Source of the DNA: a virus
Taxonomy: Duplodnaviria > Heunggongvirae > Uroviricota > Caudoviricetes
DNA: 64,000 bases
Virus record (IMG/VR): IMGVR_UViG_3300043410_000565
Location: 28,236 to 92,235 of that record
Strand: one strand, 5' to 3'
In this document: positions 56,722 through 64,000 of the stretch, one piece after another
How the letters are laid out: each line of letters begins with the position of its first letter
Position numbering within the stretch: the stretch's first letter is position 1
Program-made: the position numbers and the translations under genes
The notes under the pieces: model-generated
The model's input: only the letters and a program-made list of their open reading frames with translations
Told to the model about the DNA's origin: nothing
Database searches by the model: none

Positions 56722-57769
56722 CGGCGATCCAGTGGTAGAAAGATTTCTTTTCATGTAGCTTGGTTGTATAGTGTACCATTGCGTTTTGAATCTGATAGAA
56801 CTGAACGCATTTAGTCCCAGGTTCAGTATCAAACATCTTATGTAGATATTTCAATCCGCATAAAGTTCTAGAAGGGCAACCTGTGCACTTCTCTGGTACA
56901 ACCTCGTCTGGTTCGCCGTTTCTAGTCAGGCTGATATCACCAACCCATTTACCGACTTGATATTCTGGACGCTTATATTCGCAGAAGTCATACTCTGAGT
57001 AAATGTAACCATCTGGTGAAAGGATAATTTTGTAGTGATCGCCGAAGTAGTTCTTGTCAGTAACTCCATAGTTTCCGTCAATGAATACCATAATATTGTA
57101 GTTGTAAAGAACGTTCACGAAACGGATGAAAGCGTCAGCGTATTGAGCCATATCCATATCTTCAATTAGAGTCTTAAACTTCTGCCCACCTCTATGATGA
57201 CGTAGAGGTATAAGGTTGATTGATCGAACCTTGCAGCGAGAAACTTTATCTAGGATATCTTTGATACAATCTAGACTGAACACCTTACGGTCTTGAACTG
57301 GCATAACGAATTGCCAGTGAATGGGGATATTGTAATACCCGCACAACTCAATAGACTTGTAAATATCAAATTGTTCACGGTTGGCTTCTTGGTAAATGAA
57401 GTCATATGATATGGTGAACTTTAAATACTTGCGCCATTTCTCCAAGAACCATTGTTCCTTTTCAAACAGAGCAGCATTAGTTGTGATTGATACATATAAA
57501 CCCTTGCCGTCTAAGTATTTGTCTTTAAGGGTTTCTAGGATTTCATCCATTCGCTTTACATAGAGGAATGGTTCTCCGCCATGTAAAGCAATACGGTCTA
57601 CTTTATTTGGTTGATCAAATGCCCACTCAAAAAATGTTTCCAGTTCTTGGATGTATTTCTTTGACATATTCTGCCCACCGAGACTTTTAATATAGTCTCG
57701 GTCGCAGTAAGTGCAGTTGAAATTACAAGTATCTCCAAGATAGATGGAGATAGTATTCACATTCTTCAT
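56708..57769 (-). CDS. radical SAM protein with degenerate SPASM/twitch
   Basis: GDTCNFNCTYC, HGGEPFL, TTNA, ISYD, ILSPDGYIY, CTGCPSRTLC. Confidence 0.9.
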   Translation of the reverse strand: MKNVNTISIYLGDTCNFNCTYCDRDYIKSLGGQNMSKKYIQELETFFEWAFDQPNKVDRIALHGGEPFLYVKRMDEILETLKDKYLDGKGLYVSITTNAALFEKEQWFLEKWRKYLKFTISYDFIYQEANREQFDIYKSIELCGYYNIPIHWQFVMPVQDRKVFSLDCIKDILDKVSRCKVRSINLIPLRHHRGGQKFKTLIEDMDMAQYADAFIRFVNVLYNYNIMVFIDGNYGVTDKNYFGDHYKIILSPDGYIYSEYDFCEYKRPEYQVGKWVGDISLTRNGEPDEVVPEKCTGCPSRTLCGLKYLHKMFDTEPGTKCVQFYQIQNAMVHYTTKLHEKKSFYHWIADGQK

Positions 57770-59070
57770 AATCCCATTGATACTTTACGATAATTTCTAG
57801 CTGATTGTTTTTTAGCTACATCGTCTTGTAGATCTAGGTATAACTTGACGATCTTTTGACACATATCGTCTGGACGGAATAACGGTGTTCCAGTGGACAC
57901 GTTTCCAGCTGGGCATTGATAACAGTAGTTGCGATAATCGCAGGACTTACATTGTTCTTCCTCTGTGTGCATTTTGTTGTAGAGGTCTTGGAATGTAGTA
58001 TAACGATCTATGTGAACACGGTCTTCAAAGATATTACCTAACACAGTAGGTTTAACTGCATCTACTTCTTTCATATTAGTGAAGAAGTAGCAACCAGTAA
58101 AGTCACCAGAACCGTCGATCGCGATCATATCGCTTCCAACTAAACAGTTGTTTTCAACCTTTTGACCAACACCTTCTGAAAACGAGATTTCAAAATCAGC
58201 GTATTTGTCGATAAGGTGAATAATATCTGAGTGTAAGTTAGACCAAGTGTCAGTATTCCAGCTGATATAACCAACGCTAGAATCGTGAACTAGCGGATGA
58301 ACGATGATATTACGGATACCAATTCCATATAGTTTCTCCATATATTCTTTGAAGTATGGAGCGTGTTCTTGCGCAAGAGTACATCTAAAGAAGATACGGT
58401 CTTTAGCGTGGCGTGGTAAACCAGAAACCGTGTCGATGATGTGGTCAATTTGTTCTTGTTTTAACTCACGGTGATCCAACTCAACTTGTAGTGTATCGAG
58501 GGAAATCATCATATATGTGAAGTCATACTCGAAGTATACCTTACAAAATTCTTTGTTTAAAAGGATACCGTTAGTAATCATGCTAACAGCTTGTCCCTTA
58601 TCAAAGAAAGTCTTTGTTAGGTATTCCTTGTTTCTTTCCAAGAAATTAACAATAAGGTCTTTGTGAATTAACGGTTCTCCACCAAAGAACTGGAATCGTT
58701 TATTCTTAGCTTTGGAGTTATCCAATAACCAGTTGTATGCTTTTAGTAGAGAGTCTTCTGTAAATCTACCATAATCTTTCTTATGCTGTTCGTAGCAATA
58801 TGAACAAGAAAGGTTACATGCATTGGTTAGAATCACATTCATATGTCCAATATCTTGAAATAGATGTTGGACAGCTGAGAATGAAACAACCTTTTCTTCA
58901 GGTGATGGAAGAATGGAGATTAGTTTGTTTTGCTTGGAAAGCCCCTTCGGAGTGATAATATCTTCAGTTCTAAATTGAAGAGTCCCATCAGGGGAAACCC
59001 CGACCGTCGCTTCATGGTCGGGGTTGATTGATTTTCTAGACTTGTGAAATACCAAAGGATATTCGCTCAT
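57766..59070 (-). CDS. radical SAM/SPASM protein
   Basis: TNACNLSCSYC, FFGGEPL, TNG, ISLD, CLVG...GDFTGC...CKSCDYRNYCYQCPAGN; GAGG RBS before ATG 59070. Confidence 0.92.
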   Translation of the reverse strand: MSEYPLVFHKSRKSINPDHEATVGVSPDGTLQFRTEDIITPKGLSKQNKLISILPSPEEKVVSFSAVQHLFQDIGHMNVILTNACNLSCSYCYEQHKKDYGRFTEDSLLKAYNWLLDNSKAKNKRFQFFGGEPLIHKDLIVNFLERNKEYLTKTFFDKGQAVSMITNGILLNKEFCKVYFEYDFTYMMISLDTLQVELDHRELKQEQIDHIIDTVSGLPRHAKDRIFFRCTLAQEHAPYFKEYMEKLYGIGIRNIIVHPLVHDSSVGYISWNTDTWSNLHSDIIHLIDKYADFEISFSEGVGQKVENNCLVGSDMIAIDGSGDFTGCYFFTNMKEVDAVKPTVLGNIFEDRVHIDRYTTFQDLYNKMHTEEEQCKSCDYRNYCYQCPAGNVSTGTPLFRPDDMCQKIVKLYLDLQDDVAKKQSARNYRKVSMGL

Positions 59071-59086
59071 AATATACCTCAAAAAG

Positions 59087-60040
59087 TTAATGTCGGATAA
59101 TCACAAAATCGTATCTTAGTTGTTCCTGTTTAGAAGAAATATAATCCAACTCAGTACCTGTGACCCAACGATATGAAAGTGTCGTTACGTCTTTATTTAG
59201 TGAGATTGTAATAGTGTTGCTGTCACGTTGATAATTGCCAGAACATTCAACATCCAAACGGATACGTGGAAGTTCATCATTACCTAAACGGCGACCAGCG
59301 ATCTTATGGAATTTAGAGTTGTAACCAAATAAATCAATCACAACAGTATCGCTAGTCGTAGCAATAATGTTTGGACCAATAAACTTAGAGTTAGAATCTA
59401 GACTCGGAGTAAACACTGAATCTCTTAGATTACCGTCGTGAGAGTTTAAGAACTCGATAACGTCAGTTCTATCTCGTAGATTAATTTCAGACTCGTCGCT
59501 CTTAATGATAGAAGACTCTAGCAAGTTATCATTGATCACAACGTAGTATACATCAGTATCAACCATCTTGTAGAACGCCATCCAAATAGCTGCAAATGGA
59601 TTACCTTCTAACACGCTTTGGCGAGTTAGGTTAGTTGGTCGTTTATCTAGAACATTTCTACCAAAGAAGCAAGATTGTTCAATAACTGTATTCTGAGAAA
59701 CCATTTCATCCGTGAAAAGGTAGCCAAAATAAACAACATCCAAACCGCTATCTAAAAATGCCTTTGCTTTTTCTAAGTCGATTTCCTTGATGCCCATAGT
59801 TTGGTTTTCAGTTGGCATAGCCATGGCTAAAAGTAGCTTGCCCTCGGCATCGTTATAGATGCCTAGCTTTTTATCAATCTTGATGTAAGAATTAAAGAAG
59901 TTGTCGTACTTCTTAATCTTAGTTAGATCTACCTGACCAAGACCAGGTGGCAATCCATCATAATAAACGTTCAACCCTTCGGCTACGTTCGCCCAAGAGT
60001 GGTTGACTGAGTTCTCAGTGTTAAAGAAAAATGTACTCAT
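59087..60040 (-). CDS. hypothetical protein in the rSAM operon
   Basis: TAATG coupling to the Cys-rich peptide gene; no recognised motif. Confidence 0.75.
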   Translation of the reverse strand: MSTFFFNTENSVNHSWANVAEGLNVYYDGLPPGLGQVDLTKIKKYDNFFNSYIKIDKKLGIYNDAEGKLLLAMAMPTENQTMGIKEIDLEKAKAFLDSGLDVVYFGYLFTDEMVSQNTVIEQSCFFGRNVLDKRPTNLTRQSVLEGNPFAAIWMAFYKMVDTDVYYVVINDNLLESSIIKSDESEINLRDRTDVIEFLNSHDGNLRDSVFTPSLDSNSKFIGPNIIATTSDTVVIDLFGYNSKFHKIAGRRLGNDELPRIRLDVECSGNYQRDSNTITISLNKDVTTLSYRWVTGTELDYISSKQEQLRYDFVIIRH

Positions 60041-60243
60041 TAGCAAGATCCTCTTCCGCAAGCGCAGTTACAATTGCAGTTGCAATTAGTTGAATAGTCG
60101 TCGTAAAATAGATGAGTGTGGTCAGTTAGCGAATCCAACACTTCTAGCATTTGTTTATATGTATCAGCGGTTACGATATCCCCCGCTGCTTTAGAGTCTA
60201 CGGTTAGACCAGTGGTCACCGTGCTTAGGTTTTCAACTGCCAT
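60040..60243 (-). CDS. Cys-rich candidate rSAM substrate (67 aa)
   Basis: ends DYSTNCNCNCNCACGRGSC; GGAG RBS; adjacent to rSAM genes. Confidence 0.8.
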   Translation of the reverse strand: MAVENLSTVTTGLTVDSKAAGDIVTADTYKQMLEVLDSLTDHTHLFYDDYSTNCNCNCNCACGRGSC

Positions 60244-60246
60244 TTA

Positions 60247-60642
60247 TTAAGCTCCAGTTCTATCGTCGATAGAATGATAGTGATCATTACCAGACAGAAT
60301 ACTAGATCTTAGAGTCTGGTGTAAAGATGCTGTTATGTCATCACCTGACGCAACTGTTGTTGAGATATCAGCCGAAGTTGCAAGAGAAGCAGAAGTATTC
60401 TCTGGGTTATTATCGTATGATGTACCATACGGTGAAGTGTTACCATACGCTTCCCACCATTGATCCGGAACAGTGTGATAGTGATTATTGAAGCTGTTCC
60501 AGCAAGAAATTAGAGAATTAATCTGAGCCGCAGTGATTGTACTGCCAGCTGCGATCGCTGCCTTCAAATCGGTGATTGTCGTTTGAAGACTAGCTGAGGT
60601 AGGACCAACCATACCTGATGTAGTTCTCGTTATTTGAGGCAT
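60247..60642 (-). CDS. small HxH-repeat virion-like protein
   Basis: two (A/S)G..ITA...HYH repeats; GGA RBS; first gene after a late-promoter motif. Confidence 0.75.
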   Translation of the reverse strand: MPQITRTTSGMVGPTSASLQTTITDLKAAIAAGSTITAAQINSLISCWNSFNNHYHTVPDQWWEAYGNTSPYGTSYDNNPENTSASLATSADISTTVASGDDITASLHQTLRSSILSGNDHYHSIDDRTGA

Positions 60643-60670
60643 TTTATCGTTCCAAGGTGTTATACATCTA

Positions 60671-60720
60671 TATTTAGCCCTGTTGGATTACCTAAATAAA
60701 AGGTAGCTAAATATAAATAT
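60671..60720. promoter_or_regulatory. divergent late-promoter motifs
   Basis: CTAAATA on minus (60677-60671); CTAAATA at 60692 and 60708 and TATAAATA at 60713 on plus. Confidence 0.65.
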
Positions 60721-60752
60721 ATTTATTGAAACTCTCATTTTAGGGATCATAG

Positions 60753-62015
60753 ATGCCATCTATTATTACAAGAACGACCTCCGGAACCGACGCAACGGTC
60801 AAGGGGTTGCCATTAACCAACGCTGAAATTGACGGTAACTTTATAGCGATAAACCACGCTATCATTGCAACTGGCGATTTAACTGGGTTTACAGACAGAT
60901 CAGCCAGCACTCTCGTTTGGAACAACGCCACTAGAACTATTTTTCTAGCCCCAGTGGTTGGTTCTTTTAGCGTGTATTATAGAGGATCAGAACTAACTGT
61001 ATCTGACTCTCTTCAGTATCAAATCCCAAATAACACTGGTGGTCGATGGATTATTTTAAACCCATCAACGCTGCAGTTAGAAGAGTCTTTAACGATTGAT
61101 TTCGAAACTGACCTCCCAGTTGCTTGGATTTATTATAATCACGTTGACGCAGTGGCAATTGTAGCTTCTGATGAAAGACATACTGCTTCTAGAGATATTC
61201 AATGGCACATCTCCAAGCATGCTGAAGTTGGAACTACATGGTTATCTGGCGGCGACTGCACATATAATCTAAACAACCAAACATCACTGTCCCTTGGTTT
61301 CACTGATATCACAATTGCTGATGAAGATATTAACCACGATATATCTCACAGCATAACACCAAACGGGTTCTACCAACAAATCCTTTCATCAAACGCGATG
61401 ATCCCAGTTGTGTATAAGAACGGTTCCGTTACAAGCCAAATCGCTGCAGCGAACCCACCGTGGCAAGTTAACACAACTGCTAAGTATAATCAAGTCATTG
61501 GTAACAGTGGTAGTCTTGTAGATGCGCCAAACAACACTTATGTAAATTATTACATTATCGCCACTAATGACATGACGTTCCCAATCAAGGCTGTGGTTGG
61601 AACTGGTAATTATGCAACCTTATTGCAGGCATTCAATGAACAATTTGATGTTGCCAACCTTCTTATGGAAGAAGTTGTTGCAATGTATCAAATCACTCTG
61701 CATACAAATACCGCATACACAAACAAGGTTGTTATTGCTTCTGTTAGAAAATTATCTAGCCAAGCAAACGTCTTACCAGATCAAATCTTAAATGGTCCAT
61801 CCCACGCTGGATTGAGCAAGCTATCAAATGATGATCACTTACAGTATGTTCATATTTCTAACGCTAGAACAATCACTGCAGCGCACACGTTTAATGGCGT
61901 TCAAACTTTTGTAAACGGTATTAAAATTAACTCAAAACCAGTTGTAAACCTTGATGGTGCTAATAAACAATACGTTGATCAGCAAGCATTACTGATGTCA
62001 TTCTTAAATGCTTAA
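60753..62015 (+). CDS. tail fibre-like structural protein
   Basis: N-terminal KGLPLTNAEIDGNF (similar to 51275); C-terminal LSNDDHLQY and DGANKQYVD motifs. Confidence 0.7.
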   Translation: MPSIITRTTSGTDATVKGLPLTNAEIDGNFIAINHAIIATGDLTGFTDRSASTLVWNNATRTIFLAPVVGSFSVYYRGSELTVSDSLQYQIPNNTGGRWIILNPSTLQLEESLTIDFETDLPVAWIYYNHVDAVAIVASDERHTASRDIQWHISKHAEVGTTWLSGGDCTYNLNNQTSLSLGFTDITIADEDINHDISHSITPNGFYQQILSSNAMIPVVYKNGSVTSQIAAANPPWQVNTTAKYNQVIGNSGSLVDAPNNTYVNYYIIATNDMTFPIKAVVGTGNYATLLQAFNEQFDVANLLMEEVVAMYQITLHTNTAYTNKVVIASVRKLSSQANVLPDQILNGPSHAGLSKLSNDDHLQYVHISNARTITAAHTFNGVQTFVNGIKINSKPVVNLDGANKQYVDQQALLMSFLNA

Positions 62016-62055
62016 TGCAACTAAATAACCTAAATATATGTAATCGGAGAAATTA

Positions 62056-62379
62056 ATGGCAACAGGAAGATTAGGCACTGCTAACATCAATACCGCTGCA
62101 ACGTACTTTACACCATACACTGTACCAGCGAACACATTTACAATGTGTTCAATCTCAGTGTGTAATAGAGGTAACTCAGACGCTGGTATTAGAATCGCTT
62201 TAGCGGCATCAACAACACCTACTGACGACGAATGGATTGAATACAACGTAGCCGTTGGTGGTGGCGGTGTATTAGAAAGAACTGGCGTATTATTGAGCGC
62301 TGGTCAAAGAATCATTGCGTGGTCAAGCACACCGAACGTTAGCGTTGTAGTTGTCGGTGTAGAAACATCAACACTATAA
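62056..62379 (+). CDS. small virion structural protein
   Basis: MATGRLG...YTVPA...SVCNRG...ERTGVLL; preceded by tandem CTAAATA. Confidence 0.75.
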   Translation: MATGRLGTANINTAATYFTPYTVPANTFTMCSISVCNRGNSDAGIRIALAASTTPTDDEWIEYNVAVGGGGVLERTGVLLSAGQRIIAWSSTPNVSVVVVGVETSTL

Positions 62380-62391
62380 TAGGATAAATTT

Positions 62392-62721
62392 ATGGGACGC
62401 TTTTTAACATCTCAAGGCACTCTAGGTATCGTTCTGAAAGAGAACGTTGTTACCTCACAAAGTATTAATGCTAATGACCGTATTTTAGCAAACACAGCTG
62501 GTGGTGCTATTACTTTAACATTACCAGTCTCACCATTGGTGAACGACATGGTACAGATTATTGACGTCGGTAACGTTGCGGCTACTAACAAAATTACAGT
62601 AGCAAGAAACGGGCAAAAGATTCAAGGTCTTAACGAAGATCTAACAATTGACTTGAACGGTTCTGTTACATCTTTAATCTTTACTGGCTCAACATACGGT
62701 TGGATCTACGCTGCTGTTTAA
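62392..62721 (+). CDS. gp9/gp10/gp34-repeat-like tail connector domain protein
   Basis: ANTAGGAITLTLPVSP...VQIIDV...ITVARNGQKIQG...YGW. Confidence 0.7.
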   Translation: MGRFLTSQGTLGIVLKENVVTSQSINANDRILANTAGGAITLTLPVSPLVNDMVQIIDVGNVAATNKITVARNGQKIQGLNEDLTIDLNGSVTSLIFTGSTYGWIYAAV

Positions 62722-62739
62722 TAGAATAAGGATAGAATC

Positions 62740-63723
62740 GTGGCTTCATTATCACAATTACTAGAATCAAAAAGAGGCACGTTCAATTCTGCAGAAGAAA
62801 ATATTGAACAAGGGCAGATTTGGGTTTATACCTCTCCTGCTGGTTATACTGGTTACTGGAACAACTTCTGCTGGCAAGCGCCAGGATGCGGTCATGTAAC
62901 AGTTGAAGTTTGGGGTGCTGGCGGATCAAGCGCAAAGATGTGCTGCTGCGGATTCGGTATCCCAGGCAACCCAGGAGCCTATGCCAAGAAAACTATTCAC
63001 GTTCAACCAGGCGACTGGTTGTGCGGTGACGTCGGTAAAGCATGTAACAACTCAAACGATTTATGTTTCCGTGGTTGTTCTTCACCAAGCTGGGTGGGTT
63101 GGACTGGACGAGATTGCCGTGGTAATACCACAGGTTATATCTGCGCTCAGGGTGGTAAAGGTGGTGTAACGCTATGTTCCACTGGCACTTCTGCCACTTG
63201 CTGTTTCGGTCTACAAGGTTTCTGTACTACAATATATCCATATGGTTGCGTTTATGCAGGCGTTGTGTGTAACAAATGTTCTGGTGAATGGATAGCCCAA
63301 GCATATGGTGGTGATATTAACTGTTGCGGTGGTTTCTCTTGTGCGTCATTTATGCTTTGCGCTCCAGAATGTATGTGTACATACCACTACCATTTGGCGA
63401 CTCCTCCAGGGTTATACTCTAAAGAAGGTGGCGTTGCAACTCATACTGTAGAAAACAACAACGAATTCTCTAACTGGTCTGGTCAAGGGCACAGCGAGGC
63501 ATTATCTGCAATCAACGCTCTTGGTAGATTCCCGTCACAGTCAAATAACTGGGCTTCTTGCTGGGGTTTCTCTGGACAATGCGGATGTTATGATTCAGAC
63601 GGATGTACTAGAGGTATGCCAACTGGCGTTCCAGGAACAGCTCCGCATCCATGCGCTGGTGTTCGCGATCACGCTCATACTGGCGGTAGTGGTGCAGTTC
63701 GAATCAAATTTATTGCGGGATAA
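62740..63723 (+). CDS. Cys/Gly-rich fibre-associated protein
   Basis: EVWGAGGS...MCCCG..G.PG..GAYAKKTI; about 29 Cys; GTG start. Confidence 0.75.
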   Translation: MASLSQLLESKRGTFNSAEENIEQGQIWVYTSPAGYTGYWNNFCWQAPGCGHVTVEVWGAGGSSAKMCCCGFGIPGNPGAYAKKTIHVQPGDWLCGDVGKACNNSNDLCFRGCSSPSWVGWTGRDCRGNTTGYICAQGGKGGVTLCSTGTSATCCFGLQGFCTTIYPYGCVYAGVVCNKCSGEWIAQAYGGDINCCGGFSCASFMLCAPECMCTYHYHLATPPGLYSKEGGVATHTVENNNEFSNWSGQGHSEALSAINALGRFPSQSNNWASCWGFSGQCGCYDSDGCTRGMPTGVPGTAPHPCAGVRDHAHTGGSGAVRIKFIAG

Positions 63724-63726
63724 AAT

Positions 63727-64000
63727 ATGGCGTCATTAAGACAAAGTTTATTAGTAAAATATGACACAATCGTTAATAACGAACAAAACCTAGAAACTGG
63801 TAAAGTTTGGGTATATAACGAAGCGACTGTTCGTACTAAATTTTACAACTGCTGGTGTTGGAAATCACCAGGAGTTGGTAAGGCTATTATTGAAGCATGG
63901 GGTGCTGGCGGATCTGGTGCTCGTATGTGCTGCTGCGGGTCAGGTTTGCCAGGAAACTCTGGCGCTTACTCAAAGAAAACTATTTGCGTAGACGCTAACA
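63727..64000 (+). CDS. paralog of 62740..63723, truncated by the window end
   Basis: hand-translated MASLRQSLL...EAWGAGGSGARMCCCGSGLPGNSGAYSKKTI. Confidence 0.85.
   Translation, partial: MASLRQSLLVKYDTIVNNEQNLETGKVWVYNEATVRTKFYNCWCWKSPGVGKAIIEAWGAGGSGARMCCCGSGLPGNSGAYSKKTICVDAN

Noticed and set aside
52505-59070. rSAMs as queuosine/7-deazaguanine or other DNA-modification enzymes
   Set aside because: No folE/queD/queC/dpdA-like or DNA-transferase genes in the window; the SPASM domains, adjacent Cys peptide and late/fibre context fit peptide targets better. Not fully excluded.
60040-60243. Secreted bacteriocin (SCIFF/sactipeptide) interpretation
   Set aside because: No exporter, peptidase or immunity gene recognised; the N-terminal part resembles a structural HxH module
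1-64000. Alternative genetic code, introns or inteins
   Set aside because: Core genes are full length in the standard code with no in-frame stops; I saw no intein or intron-type interruptions

Overview
This is a 64-kb segment of a large T4-like myovirus genome (about 40% GC by eye), probably a freshwater phage of a proteobacterial host. The tmRNA tag ANDEVFALAA resembles betaproteobacterial tags, which is an inference. The 1-21 kb region is early/accessory. It has many short ORFs behind repeated hairpin plus sigma70 promoter cassettes, an Acb1/gp57B-like 2H phosphoesterase, an RNA ligase, a SLOG protein, a metallophosphoesterase, MazG-like and HAD nucleotidases, a DenV-like glycosylase, PhoH and a PD-(D/E)XK nuclease. 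It also has a circularly permuted two-piece tmRNA, a SleB hydrolase and ClpP. The 21.5-23.6 kb region holds gp33, gp59 and gp32. The 23.6-52.5 kb region holds T4-type tail/baseplate genes: tape measure, 51, 26, 16, 54-like, 2, 4, 48, 53, hub, 5, 25, 6, 7, 8, a 2413-aa virion protein and a fibre. The standout is 52.5-60.7 kb: five radical-SAM enzymes (one B12-dependent, at least two SPASM-type) with a 67-aa protein ending in NCNCNCNCACGRGSC and a related HxH-repeat protein. The cluster sits among tail-fibre genes and its minus-strand operon follows a late-promoter motif. It is a candidate phage-encoded RiPP-like virion-protein modification system. The window ends in Cys-rich fibre-like paralogs. 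All family calls come from motif recognition by eye; no database searches were run.
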